Numbered from the stretch's first letter, positions 9,945-19,287 are shown. The stretch: DNA of 64,000 nucleotides from an uncultured virus (IMG/VR IMGVR_UViG_3300006148_000272) (IMGVR_UViG_3300006148_000272), one strand, 5' to 3'. Program-made: numbers and translations. Notes: generated by a model not told the origin, from the letters alone.

Positions 9945-10469
9945 CTATATCCCTTCCGTCTCTTTTGCTTCTACTCCAAATGCAGGTGAAAGCTGTATTT
10001 TTCTGCCTTGGACAGTATTGATTTTTAGCGGCTTCTGGATGTAAAGACACGCGGTCAAAAGGCACCTTTCAGCGAAGTAATTTGCTTCGGGAAATGCTCT
10101 GCTGTACCGTATTATCCGAACCCGTCCACCAGGTAGGACATGCAACAAGCCCCACCGTTCCGGCAGGTCATTTTCCATGATGATCCCTGGCTCGCAGATG
10201 TAATAGCGGCAATAACCCATACCCTCTTGAGGATAAACGCGGAACGGCTTTTTGAGGTCTGCTCGGAAGTCCGCCCGACTGGTTTTCGCCTCAACCAAAA
10301 TGCTACCCGAACTCTTGAAACCTATAGCATCGGGCTGCTCGTTTGTAACGATGCAGCTCGGCTCAGCAATCGCCACCCGGCAACGTTGGGAGCCCAGGAG
10401 CCATCGTTCAGCGATTTCGCACAGTTCACGGTGCGTCCTCGGTATTAAAGATGTTGGTTTACGTGCCAT
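9945..10469 (-). CDS. PD-(D/E)xK nuclease-like phage protein (MmcB-related)
   Basis: EQPDAIG...LVEAKTSRADFRAD motif. Confidence 0.65.
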   Translation of the reverse strand: MARKPTSLIPRTHRELCEIAERWLLGSQRCRVAIAEPSCIVTNEQPDAIGFKSSGSILVEAKTSRADFRADLKKPFRVYPQEGMGYCRYYICEPGIIMENDLPERWGLLHVLPGGRVRIIRYSRAFPEANYFAERCLLTACLYIQKPLKINTVQGRKIQLSPAFGVEAKETEGI

Positions 10470-10470
10470 A

Positions 10471-11304
10471 TCAAAAAAGCGTCAGTTGGGGGTTGTAGTT
10501 AAGCCACAGGCATTCGATTTTCTTGCCTCCCTGCGTGTCGTAAGAGACCTTGCATTCCTTCCTCCAGCCGGAAAGATGCCTGGAATAAAGGTCGGAATCA
10601 TAGCCAGACAGGACAACCTTGCCTTTCAGCGTCTTGAGAAAGACAAGAAGCCGCTCATGGTCTTGCTGGTCGTACTCGTGCGCGTACCTCGCGCGGTTGC
10701 CGCGGGTAGATTGCACATAGGGCGGATCCACGTAATGCAGCGTGTCCGGCGTATCGTACCGGGCCATGACCTGCAGGGCGTCCATGTTGTTGATCTCGAT
10801 ATTCCGGTTCCGTAGTTCGGCCGCACATTCTCGCACTACGGCCGGATATTCCCGCACTACGGCCGGATATTCCCGCCACGTTTGAGGATAAGGGGTTGCG
10901 TGGAGTAAGCCGTTGCGTTTGAACCCCGGCTTGTGGATGCCTCCGCCGTAGCTCATCATGGAGTTGACGGCAAAGCGGAGAGCATCTTCCACGGGGTCTT
11001 CAGCGATTTCAAATGACCGGGCATAGGCTTCCTGGGCGTAGGGCGTCAATTCCAATAGACTGGCCAGCCGTGCGGATTTTTCCGGATCCCTCAAAACTTC
11101 AAAGAAGTTCACCACCCGGTCATAAAGATCGTTGTAGACCTCCATCCATGCAGGTTGCTTGTTGAGCAGCACCGCACCGGAACCGCCGTAGGGTTCAACA
11201 TAGATTTTGTGAGGCGGGAAAAAGCTGATAATCCAGGGGGCGATTCTGTTCTTTCCTCCGAGGTATCGGGCCAGAGCCCGTTTACGTAGTGCGCTCGTGT
11301 TCAC
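10471..11304 (-). CDS. DNA adenine methyltransferase (Dam/D12 class)
   Basis: RYLGGK, YVEPYGGSG and YVDPPY motifs; probable GTG start at 11304. Confidence 0.9.
   Translation of the reverse strand: MNTSALRKRALARYLGGKNRIAPWIISFFPPHKIYVEPYGGSGAVLLNKQPAWMEVYNDLYDRVVNFFEVLRDPEKSARLASLLELTPYAQEAYARSFEIAEDPVEDALRFAVNSMMSYGGGIHKPGFKRNGLLHATPYPQTWREYPAVVREYPAVVRECAAELRNRNIEINNMDALQVMARYDTPDTLHYVDPPYVQSTRGNRARYAHEYDQQDHERLLVFLKTLKGKVVLSGYDSDLYSRHLSGWRKECKVSYDTQGGKKIECLWLNYNPQLTLF
10832..10873. repeat. In-frame 21-bp tandem duplication (REYPAVV x2)
   Basis: cgcactacggccggatattcc occurs twice in tandem. Confidence 0.9.
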
Positions 11305-11642
11305 TCCCCCTCCTTTCTCGGTTCCCAGCGGTCCATGATTTCTGCGATATTGGCATGAGAGCATTCGCAACATGGAACATCCCATTCAGAATAGTCTGAA
11401 TATTTGCAGTTACCGCAGTACCTCTCTTTAACCTGCCACGCCCTGCACGCGGACCTCTTCTGCCAAGCGTTAAGCACAAGCTCATGTTGATGAGTCTCGT
11501 TTCTGGCTTGCCTTAAAAGTTTTTGGCGAGTTTTCCCGGGCAACGCTTTGACGGTCGATCTGATACCCTTGTGAGTTAAAACAACCTGTTCCCATGCTCC
11601 GCCGTACTCAAAAAAAGCTTTCTGTTCAGGCGTCATTTTCAT
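11301..11642 (-). CDS. Hypothetical protein with C-terminal Cys cluster
   Basis: CGNC...CCEC; coupled to the MTase start. Confidence 0.6.
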   Translation of the reverse strand: MKMTPEQKAFFEYGGAWEQVVLTHKGIRSTVKALPGKTRQKLLRQARNETHQHELVLNAWQKRSACRAWQVKERYCGNCKYSDYSEWDVPCCECSHANIAEIMDRWEPRKEGE

Positions 11643-11778
11643 TTTCTTCCTTTCTTTTTAAAAGAATGACATTAACCGCTTGAAGAAGACCTTTAACTTT
11701 ACCAATTAAATAAAGGTAATATCCATACGCGGCGACGGTGGCTAAAAAAACTATAAGTTGTGCAATATCAAATATCAT
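11626..11778 (-). CDS. Small single-TM protein (50 aa; not in the ORF track)
   Basis: MIFDIAQLIVFLATVAAYGYYLYLIGK...; ATGA overlap with the upstream frame. Confidence 0.5.
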   Translation of the reverse strand: MIFDIAQLIVFLATVAAYGYYLYLIGKVKGLLQAVNVILLKRKEENENDA

Positions 11779-12041
11779 TGCTCCTTCCTTTCCAGTATTG
11801 CCGCTTGCTCGTCAGTAAGGTACTTCCAAGACTGCGGCGGACGGGTCAGCCCAATGTCAGACAGCGGCACGGCATTAGGGAGACGCACGGGATCACCGAT
11901 GAGCCAGCCATAGCAAGGTGTAAGGCTTGCAAGATAATTTTTGTCCAGATGCGCTTCTATGGCAACCCATGCAACGGCTCTTCCCGGATTTCAAAAAAGT
12001 CCACCAAGCGCCGTCAGTATGAAACAGCTTGTCTTCTTCAT
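11775..12041 (-). pseudogene. 89-codon frame with an in-frame TGA at codon 17; C-terminus resembles ASCH-like phage proteins
   Basis: MKKTSCFILTALGGLF*NPGR...RPPQSWKYL...; ATGA overlaps at both ends. Confidence 0.55.
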
Positions 12042-12349
12042 CTGCTTTCATAGTCGGGAACTCCTTTTTGTAACCATGTTTTCGCTTTCCGAATGGCTTC
12101 CTCGTATGTGGTCAATGTCCATCCATAAATTCCCCACTCTTCAGGACTTGGCATGTATTCATCACCAGCCTTTGTTCCGGCAAAGTCATTGTCAGATTTG
12201 CGCTTTCGAATAACCATGACCTCAAAATTCCGGTGTGATTCCTTTTCCTGACTGTAAATGGCAATATCTCCGATACGTGTGACAAGCGTGTAAGAATAGC
12301 CATGCTTGTTGAATTCTCGCGGTATGGTCTTCATTTGGTTGGTCTCCAT
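12038..12349 (-). CDS. Hypothetical phage protein
   Basis: 103 aa ORF in the early operon. Confidence 0.65.
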   Translation of the reverse strand: METNQMKTIPREFNKHGYSYTLVTRIGDIAIYSQEKESHRNFEVMVIRKRKSDNDFAGTKAGDEYMPSPEEWGIYGWTLTTYEEAIRKAKTWLQKGVPDYESR

Positions 12350-12750
12350 TCTGCAAATTCGATGGTTATTCCGACGTTATCGCCCCAATATTTGGATGTT
12401 CGACCGTCAAAGATTTGTGCATCGTCCGTCCAAAAGCCAAGCTTGGTCATCACATCGTTGAGAGTCTTTTCCATGTTGTCCCTGTCCGGTTTGGATGTCA
12501 TCGGGATCTTTCCTAAAATGCGGTTCCGCTTCGGTTCCGACTTTCGCCAAGGAAATACAAATTCCAGGTTCAGAATGATTGGTCCGGAGAGGGGACGAGG
12601 GGGGGCATAGGGCTGTAATAGAGACATGTAGTCACTAATGACCTCCGTCAACTCCGGCTTGTCGGCAAGTTTGTGAAACTTTCCTATGCGGACAATCTTC
12701 TTTGAATGGTGTGTTGTCTTCGGTGGGACGATGGGGAGGAAAATCTTCAT
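12331..12750 (-). CDS. rusA: RusA-family Holliday junction resolvase
   Basis: KPDRDNMEKTLNDVM...WTDDAQI motif. Confidence 0.88.
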   Translation of the reverse strand: MKIFLPIVPPKTTHHSKKIVRIGKFHKLADKPELTEVISDYMSLLQPYAPPRPLSGPIILNLEFVFPWRKSEPKRNRILGKIPMTSKPDRDNMEKTLNDVMTKLGFWTDDAQIFDGRTSKYWGDNVGITIEFAEWRPTK

Positions 12751-13235
12751 ATTTCGCCTCCTTCCTCATTTTCATCTCCATCAAAATTGAATTCCGGCTG
12801 GCAATCATCCGGAAGGAGGGCTACACCTTCTCCCTTCACTTTGATGCTTCCGCTCATGCTGGCATCGGCCCGGAATTTCTGATAATCCACTTTTACAGAA
12901 AAACTTAAGGACAGGGGTACTAACGCTTCTATGGCTTCCTGTCGGATTTTGTCGTACTTCTTGAGGTTGCAGGATTCCACGATAGCACAGGCTACGGCAT
13001 CAATCTCTCCTTTCAGCTTCTCCATGTGGGGATCTTTTGGAACACTCTCGCACGCCGTCAGGACGGAAGGACGAACCTGCAGAGGGGCGTAACGGGCGGC
13101 TAGTTTCCCCTTGACCGTGTAAACGCGTCGGTCAGGGTGCTGGCAGACGTTTTCCCAGGCCCCGGAAAAATTGGTGAAGGCCAGAATATTTTCTCCCATA
13201 GAAGGGACCAGATAGACTTTTTTTATTTTTTGCAT
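12747..13235 (-). CDS. Hypothetical phage protein
   Basis: 162 aa ORF coupled to rusA. Confidence 0.65.
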   Translation of the reverse strand: MQKIKKVYLVPSMGENILAFTNFSGAWENVCQHPDRRVYTVKGKLAARYAPLQVRPSVLTACESVPKDPHMEKLKGEIDAVACAIVESCNLKKYDKIRQEAIEALVPLSLSFSVKVDYQKFRADASMSGSIKVKGEGVALLPDDCQPEFNFDGDENEEGGEI

Positions 13236-13279
13236 AATATTGTTAGTTAATGTTTAATTTATGAATTCAAATGACATCC

Positions 13280-13918
13280 TCATGCGACCTTCTGCCCTTC
13301 GGAAAGGATAGGCATGATGCGCTTATAAACGTCCGCGTAATAAATGATAAACCGTTCAAGGGCATCTTGTAGCGTGTCGGTATAGCTGTCTCTCTCCACC
13401 CGTAAAATCAGGGGCTTGAGACGCCGGCAGTAGCTCATGAAGTACCAGTAGGGCAATCCAGTCACAATCATGGAACCGTGTACCTGCGCCTTGTATTGGC
13501 CGGGTAATACGCCGTCCAGCAGGTATTCCGCGTGATTTTTTGCAAGAGGGCATTTCAGCTCCACACCCGCCGCGTACTGCCCATTGATCTTGATCATGCC
13601 GTCAGGGGAGCAGCCCACCAGTTCATTGTCTTGGACGATAAATCCCACCTGTTCCACTTCCAGCCCCATGATTCGGCTGAATTCTTCCCGCGCTTCCGGT
13701 TCCAGTTCTTCCCCGCGGTCCGTGTGGCGGTTTCCTTCCCACTGTATTTCATCAGGACGGATGCGGCTGCAACACATTTCAATGGCAAGTTCTCGCCATT
13801 GGGAAGAGTCTTTTCCCGAGGGAGTTAAAACCCGGTGAAAATTGCTGGCTGTCAGACGGCCGGCACGGGCACGGAACCAAGCTTCCGAACGTTGTTCCAT
13901 GGAGGGCCAGATTTTCAT
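13280..13918 (-). CDS. YqaJ / lambda-type exonuclease
   Basis: QRSEAWFRARAGRLTAS, GCSPDG and ELKCP motifs. Confidence 0.9.
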   Translation of the reverse strand: MKIWPSMEQRSEAWFRARAGRLTASNFHRVLTPSGKDSSQWRELAIEMCCSRIRPDEIQWEGNRHTDRGEELEPEAREEFSRIMGLEVEQVGFIVQDNELVGCSPDGMIKINGQYAAGVELKCPLAKNHAEYLLDGVLPGQYKAQVHGSMIVTGLPYWYFMSYCRRLKPLILRVERDSYTDTLQDALERFIIYYADVYKRIMPILSEGQKVA

Positions 13919-14901
13919 TTCTCACCTCCTTCCGCTATGCAGGCTTTCCAGGCCTCGTTGACGGCTTGAGCAAAATAGGCAACGCGGCTTTTGTTGGCGG
14001 GGTGAGTAAGCTTCTCTCGGGCATCCTTGAGTTTTGCAAAGGCTTCAAAAACGGATTCCTGGAATTGCCTCCATTCTTCTGATTCGCTTTTTGGAGCCGG
14101 GAATGTTGCAGGAGCCTGTACCGGTTCCTGGTCAAACGCGGTCATGTTGATGGAGGCGGGGGCCGGAGGGACAGGAGGTTTGCCCTGTTCTTCCAATTCC
14201 GCTTTTGCCCGTTGAGCTTCTTCCCGTGCCTTTCGGGCCTCTTCCTCCAGTCTGGCGCGTTCTGCGGCGGCTTTGGCAACATCCTGACGACGACGCAGCT
14301 CAGCCTCAACATAGATAGTGGATTTCGTTTCCAGTTCGTCTTCGTCCCACACGAGGTTATCACCGTACAAATCAATGAATTCACAAATGATTTCACGATT
14401 GGTTGTGATGTCTTTGTTTGCTTTTGCCACGGCGGCATCAAGCGCGGCCTCAATGCTTTTAATGGTGCGCTTGTTCTTGATGGATTCCGCCATTGTACCG
14501 CCAAATAATTTCTTCCTCAAATGGGGAGCGCATTCCAGGCGGGCAAGGGCGTCATCGATTAGCTTATTGCGGATTTTCTCTTTCTCCCCGGCGATCTTCT
14601 TTTCCAGGGTGAGCCGGGCTTGCCGGATTTCTTCACTGGATTCGTCCAGCGCGGCAAAGAATTCATGGAGGCTCTCGGCATCCTTCAGGGCTTTTTCCCT
14701 GGCCGCCTTGACAGTATCTTCAGCTCCTTTGAGCATTTTGACGTTTTGTTCAGCAAGGCCGAATTCTTCATCGGTTTCGGGGGTGAGGCTGATACTGTCC
14801 AGGACGGTTTTGACGGAGGCGCGGAATTCGGCAAGATTGGAAGAGAGCACTTCGCCTTTGGCGCTCACATTCAGGGGGATAATTACAAGTTGTTCGCTCA
14901 T
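13915..14901 (-). CDS. Coiled-coil phage protein in the recombination module
   Basis: 328 aa, lies between recT and exo. Confidence 0.65.
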   Translation of the reverse strand: MSEQLVIIPLNVSAKGEVLSSNLAEFRASVKTVLDSISLTPETDEEFGLAEQNVKMLKGAEDTVKAAREKALKDAESLHEFFAALDESSEEIRQARLTLEKKIAGEKEKIRNKLIDDALARLECAPHLRKKLFGGTMAESIKNKRTIKSIEAALDAAVAKANKDITTNREIICEFIDLYGDNLVWDEDELETKSTIYVEAELRRRQDVAKAAAERARLEEEARKAREEAQRAKAELEEQGKPPVPPAPASINMTAFDQEPVQAPATFPAPKSESEEWRQFQESVFEAFAKLKDAREKLTHPANKSRVAYFAQAVNEAWKACIAEGGEK

Positions 14902-14906
14902 GGCGT

Positions 14907-15779
14907 TTAAAGGAGGTTTGTGGTGGAGGGTTCGGAGGCTGGGGCCGGTTCCGGCATCGGGGTCGGGTCTTGACGGTCTAACGGGTAGTCATCTATGCCG
15001 GGGTCATCTTTCGATACAATTTCGCCGTCAATGACAACGCCGTCGTCGATTTTGACGACACGCCCCGTTTCCGCGGCATGGGAGACTTCAATGGCATTTG
15101 CCACTTCCACACTTTTCGGCATGTATTTGAGAACTTGCAGCAGAACCACCTTGCGGGCGTACATTTCGCGGTTTTTGTAGGAGTAATGCTTTTCTCCGAC
15201 CTCGTTGTGTGCGTCTCTGTGGCGCCAGATGCGTTCCATGGGCCATGCCTCAATGACAGGGGTTTCCGCTCCGTTAACCCGGGCGCAGGCATAGGCCCAT
15301 GTCATTTTGTCCTCATCCCCGTAATTGATGCCGGGGATGTGGCGGAGGATAGGATAGGCTCCAAGCTCAAATTGGAACTGGTCGCCCTCGTAAACTACCC
15401 CCGTCCAGGCGGTAGTCCTGCCCGTGTTGTTGAGCAGTCCTACAAGGCCCTGCCAGCCGGGAACAAAGGTGCACTTACCTTTGTAGGGGATAAGATATCC
15501 CTGCCCGGCTACTCCCGGCTCAAGCCCAAGCTGGGAGGCAATGAGCAAGCTGGAAAAGATACTTACAGCGGAACACCGCTGCAAGGCTGGGTTTTGTGAA
15601 AAGCAAGTTACCGCGAGACGAATCATACGGTCCGGGTTGAGATGGGCCGGCAGAGCGGCGGCAATGGAGGTTTTTGACCTGGTTAAAAAGCCAGCAAGCT
15701 CTTTCGGGGTTGACAGGGTAAGGGCCTGTTGTCCTTGTCTGTCCTCGTATTTTGGTTTATAAGGTTTTGCGTTACTCAT
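14907..15779 (-). CDS. recT: RecT-family single-strand annealing protein
   Basis: ALPAHLNPDRMIR, QLGLEP, GYLIPY and VYEGDQF motifs; probable start 15779. Confidence 0.9.
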   Translation of the reverse strand: MSNAKPYKPKYEDRQGQQALTLSTPKELAGFLTRSKTSIAAALPAHLNPDRMIRLAVTCFSQNPALQRCSAVSIFSSLLIASQLGLEPGVAGQGYLIPYKGKCTFVPGWQGLVGLLNNTGRTTAWTGVVYEGDQFQFELGAYPILRHIPGINYGDEDKMTWAYACARVNGAETPVIEAWPMERIWRHRDAHNEVGEKHYSYKNREMYARKVVLLQVLKYMPKSVEVANAIEVSHAAETGRVVKIDDGVVIDGEIVSKDDPGIDDYPLDRQDPTPMPEPAPASEPSTTNLL

Positions 15780-15843
15780 AATCTTTCGACGGATTGTTGT
15801 AACAGGCAGGGGATCGGTGGCCGCCGCCCCCCTGCCAACTGAA

Positions 15844-16281
15844 TCATCCTTCGCATTCCTCGCACTCGCATCCAACGATTCCAAGCATGGCGGCAATGGG
15901 ATTCATCCTCTTTTTCATTTTCTCTTTTTGCTGTTGTTCAAGGAACAAACGAACACCTTCTCCCATAGTGTTTACATTGCAATCAAAGCATTCGTTTGCT
16001 TTGAGAAGATAGCCGAAAGCGCTCGTCCACCCGTAAACTTTGAAATTCATTCTCTCAGACTGAAAAACGGAGCTGGAGGATTCTAATATGTGCCGAGTTT
16101 TTCTTTCTTCCGGGACCTCCAAAAAGGCGGAAAAAATAGCGCGCCCATCGTAACGCTTAATCAAATCAACAAGGTTATCAAGCGCGGCGCTGATTTCTTC
16201 TTTTGTGGATGCAACAGTATCGCAGCAGCAGGCTTCGTCCGGCGTGCAGGACTGCGCATTCTTTTCTTCGGTATTGTCCAT
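15844..16281 (-). CDS. Hypothetical phage protein
   Basis: 145 aa with Cys-rich termini. Confidence 0.6.
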   Translation of the reverse strand: MDNTEEKNAQSCTPDEACCCDTVASTKEEISAALDNLVDLIKRYDGRAIFSAFLEVPEERKTRHILESSSSVFQSERMNFKVYGWTSAFGYLLKANECFDCNVNTMGEGVRLFLEQQQKEKMKKRMNPIAAMLGIVGCECEECEG

Positions 16282-16293
16282 TGTATTGGTATT

Positions 16294-16509
16294 CTATTGG
16301 TTATTGCGTTTCCTCATACCGTGAGGGCGGGACGGTTTTTCCAAGCCGTCAAAAGCTTTCATGGGAGTGGGAGACTCCGGGCAAAACCCGGAATGCGGAG
16401 ACTTGCCCGCCTGGAGCTCGGCGTTATCCAGCTCCACCGCCAGCCAGAACAGGCACGCAGCGGAAAGACCAAAGGAGCAGGCCCCCAAGAACTTGAAAAA
16501 GGTATTCAT
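16294..16509 (-). CDS. Small membrane/secreted hypothetical protein
   Basis: N-terminal hydrophobic stretch. Confidence 0.5.
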   Translation of the reverse strand: MNTFFKFLGACSFGLSAACLFWLAVELDNAELQAGKSPHSGFCPESPTPMKAFDGLEKPSRPHGMRKRNNQ

Positions 16510-16724
16510 TTGCTCACTCCTCCTTCTCCGTATTCTCGGAGTAACGCCCGGCGGAACTGCTTGCCGTGCACCTTCATCTTCCCCTGCTTGCCCCAGTACA
16601 GGATCTCGATCACATGCCCCTTGTCCTTCAACTCATGGACGGTTCGCTTGATCACATCCCGGTCGGAATCGTACATCAGGGCCAGGGTCTTGCAGTCGTA
16701 AAACTCTGATTCAGGGTAGGTCAT
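16506..16724 (-). CDS. Small DNA-binding protein, possible excisionase
   Basis: 72 aa with a winged-HTH-like pattern, in the early operon. Confidence 0.45.
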   Translation of the reverse strand: MTYPESEFYDCKTLALMYDSDRDVIKRTVHELKDKGHVIEILYWGKQGKMKVHGKQFRRALLREYGEGGVSK

Positions 16725-16794
16725 AATATTTTCATTGTTAAAGCTCGTGCCAGCCGAGCAGCTTCAATTCTTCGATCAGGTCTTCTTCCATGGT

Positions 16795-16962
16795 TCAGTC
16801 GTCGTAGTGTCCGTCGGGGTTGTCGCACTGGGGGGCGTGGTCAAAATCCCACTCGTCGATGGCCTGCTCAATCTGCTCCAGGAGTCCAACCGCAACGCCG
16901 TAGGAGATCGCTTCACCGTCCACCCGGATGCACCGGTCTTCGTCGTCGTATTCGATAATCAT
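16795..16962 (-). CDS. Small acidic hypothetical protein (55 aa; not in the ORF track)
   Basis: MIIEYDDEDRCIRVDGE...; ATGA-coupled to the upstream ORF. Confidence 0.5.
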   Translation of the reverse strand: MIIEYDDEDRCIRVDGEAISYGVAVGLLEQIEQAIDEWDFDHAPQCDNPDGHYDD

Positions 16963-17108
16963 GCCCGCTCCTTTCTCATCTGATCCAGGGTTCTGTTTAC
17001 CTGGCGTATGATGTGTTTCTCTCCCAGGCTGATACCAAGCATCAACGCGGACAGGTAGCCTGCCATGTTAAGCAGCGTCACAACAATAAATTCAGTCCAG
17101 TTCATCAT
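16959..17108 (-). CDS. Small single-TM protein (49 aa; not in the ORF track)
   Basis: MMNWTEFIVVTLLNMAGYLSALMLGISLG... Confidence 0.5.
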   Translation of the reverse strand: MMNWTEFIVVTLLNMAGYLSALMLGISLGEKHIIRQVNRTLDQMRKERA

Positions 17109-17270
17109 TGGTTATTTGTTAGTGATTGATATTGGTTGTTATTACTTAAATAAAAATGGAGAGCCTGCCAATGTAACGCCTTGGCTTTGAATGTGCTCGT
17201 ATTGCCTAAATTCATGCGCATGCCGGCTCATTATTCTTGAAGATGAAAGCTGTCAGGCTACTATTCCGTT

Positions 17271-17465
17271 ATGCCTAAATTCATCACAATAGAAGATTCT
17301 TCTGGTCGTCCCCATATCGTGAATGCTGATTACATTGCGCTGATTAAGAAGCGCTCCGACGGGACTTATGATTACATCCTCTCCATCCCTAACGCGAATT
17401 CCAGATTCCGCGTTATTCATTCAAACTACCTCCTTTCCTTCTTTACATCTGGCAACAATCATTAG
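17271..17465 (+). CDS. Small counter-oriented hypothetical protein (moron-like)
   Basis: Has its own promoter-like sequence TTGAAG-16-TACTAT-6-ATG. Confidence 0.55.
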   Translation: MPKFITIEDSSGRPHIVNADYIALIKKRSDGTYDYILSIPNANSRFRVIHSNYLLSFFTSGNNH

Positions 17466-17681
17466 TTTCTCTTTCCCCCATTCAGGGCAAGAGACAGCCA
17501 ATACCAGGAAACCTTTCCCCAGAACAGGGGAAGGACAGGAACTTATTCTTTCAAACTCGCGTATTTCTCCATCTACTTCGAGGAAAATGGGGTCGAAATC
17601 GGAACAGATCTTGTCCCAGTCATCTGCTTCTTCCTTGGTCAACATCCGAGCGTTCCTCGGTAATTCAGTATTTGTATTCAT
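17421..17681 (-). CDS. Hypothetical phage protein
   Basis: 86 aa ORF in the early operon. Confidence 0.55.
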   Translation of the reverse strand: MNTNTELPRNARMLTKEEADDWDKICSDFDPIFLEVDGEIREFERISSCPSPVLGKGFLVLAVSCPEWGKEKLMIVARCKEGKEVV

Positions 17682-17793
17682 TTTTGGTTCTTGTTTTCTT
17701 TTCTCCCTTCATGGAGCCCCATCCAAAAGCAGGCGAGAGCTGTGGGAAATTGTTTCCAGATGCCTTCGACAATGTTGGACCAGTCTATTTCCA

Positions 17794-18150
17794 TTATGCC
17801 TCCGGCTTCTTGGGTTCGAGGTTGCTGGACTTCCTTTCTTCATCTCCATCCGCGTGGTCAGCGCCTTGCGGAATACGACGACGAATAGCCAGAAGGCAGT
17901 AATCGCCTTCCGCCACAACCAGGCAGTCATGCAGCAAATGAGGTTCGTCCGTATAAACGGATGAAGCGAACAATGCTGTTCTCTCCTTGAGAGGCTTCAT
18001 TTTGTAAGCCCTGCCCGCAACCTCTACATAGAACTCTCCTTCCTCCGGTAGAGCTGTACGGAGCTCATCTGCGTAAATCACCAGTTTCTTATTGGTGTTT
18101 TCCCATTGCATACTTGTGGTTCTTTCTTGGGGGGAGGTTTTCATATTCAT
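17794..18150 (-). CDS. Hypothetical phage protein
   Basis: 118 aa, coupled to the cro-position gene. Confidence 0.6.
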   Translation of the reverse strand: MNMKTSPQERTTSMQWENTNKKLVIYADELRTALPEEGEFYVEVAGRAYKMKPLKERTALFASSVYTDEPHLLHDCLVVAEGDYCLLAIRRRIPQGADHADGDEERKSSNLEPKKPEA

Positions 18151-18347
18151 GCTGCCGGCTTCTTGGGGTTCTTCGGGCGGGGAAGGTTGCTAGCCGTGGT
18201 CAGGTGAACACGGAATCCCCTGCGGAATGATTCTCGTTCAATGATGCGGATAATAGCTTCCGAAGGCTTCAATCCTTCTTCCGCTTCGGCCAGCAGATGG
18301 CTCTTGCAGCCGTCCGGCAATTTGTCTAAGTCGATTTCTGTTTTCAT
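18147..18347 (-). CDS. Cro-position small regulator
   Basis: First gene divergent from the repressor. Confidence 0.55.
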   Translation of the reverse strand: MKTEIDLDKLPDGCKSHLLAEAEEGLKPSEAIIRIIERESFRRGFRVHLTTASNLPRPKNPKKPAA

Positions 18348-18477
18348 CTATTTCCGTAACTGATGGCCTCAAATTACAGCGTATAACTGAATATTTCAAG
18401 ATATATTTTCAGCATAATACTGAAATTGCTAGGTAACAAGGTGTTGACATATCAGCAAAATGCTGTAATATCAATGC
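18348..18477. promoter_or_regulatory. Lysis/lysogeny switch: divergent promoters and three CAG-N7-CTG operators
   Basis: CAGCGTATAACTG at 18377, CAGCATAATACTG at 18410, CAGCAAAATGCTG at 18453; TTGACA(18444)-16-TAATAT on + and TTGAAA-17-TAATTT on -. Confidence 0.78.
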
Positions 18478-19239
18478 ATGACGACAACAAAAGAAGACGT
18501 AAAAAAATGGCTCAAGGTTATTGGTAGAGACAGAGAATGGCTCGCTAACCAATGTGGAGTTTCCAAGCGTCAGGTAGATAATTGGCTTTCGTCATCCATC
18601 AATATTCCCGCAAAGGCTATCCTTGTTATTCAGCGTCTTATGAACGGAGAAGCCGAATCCTCTCCCCGCATCGTCATCGACTTCACAGATGAAGAATGGG
18701 ACATTATCTGTGAGGCCGCTAAAGCCCACAAAGAAACCTTCCTGGAATTCGTCAATACCGCTATTCAAAATGCCGCCAAAGAAAAAGAGGCAGCCCGCAA
18801 GAAGTTTACCCCGGTAGAAACATTCACAGCCCCTCCCTTGGAGGCTCAGGGACGAATCATCGGCAACATTGCCGCCGGCAACCTGGCGGATGGAGACACC
18901 ATCCCGCAGGACATCTGGTTATACCGCGAACTGGAAAAAGGGGAATACCTGCTACGCGTCAACGGTCACTCTATGGAACCCTCCATCCCGGACGGCTCCG
19001 TGGTCATCATGAAAAAATACACCATCCCTCCCATCCCCAAGTTAGGAACCATTGTTCAATACCACGATGAACGAGGGGTGACGCTCAAAAAACTGGTTCG
19101 CAGGAAAAACCCGGAAACCGGAAAAATGGAATACGTATTACATCCACTCAATCCCGACTTCGGAGACATCGAACCCATGGACGGCGGTAAAATCTCCGGC
19201 ATCTATGTGGAAACGCTGGAACGCTGGAAGAAAGCTTGA
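18478..19239 (+). CDS. cI: CI-like repressor (HTH plus S24 autopeptidase)
   Basis: N-terminal HTH; IAAG cleavage-site motif; RVNGHSMEP (Ser) and VTLKKL (Lys). Confidence 0.9.
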   Translation: MTTTKEDVKKWLKVIGRDREWLANQCGVSKRQVDNWLSSSINIPAKAILVIQRLMNGEAESSPRIVIDFTDEEWDIICEAAKAHKETFLEFVNTAIQNAAKEKEAARKKFTPVETFTAPPLEAQGRIIGNIAAGNLADGDTIPQDIWLYRELEKGEYLLRVNGHSMEPSIPDGSVVIMKKYTIPPIPKLGTIVQYHDERGVTLKKLVRRKNPETGKMEYVLHPLNPDFGDIEPMDGGKISGIYVETLERWKKA

Positions 19240-19287
19240 CGTAATAGAGAGGTATGTTATAGGTAAACCCTCTTTTTTATTTTCCGT

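Noticed and set aside
11991..11993. Phage-wide TGA recoding
   Set aside because: Many neighbouring genes end normally in TGA, including ATGA overlaps, and long genes show no internal stops.
16738..16791. The 17-aa ORF MEEDLIEELKLLGWHEL
   Set aside because: It fits the operon spacing but is too short to support from sequence alone.
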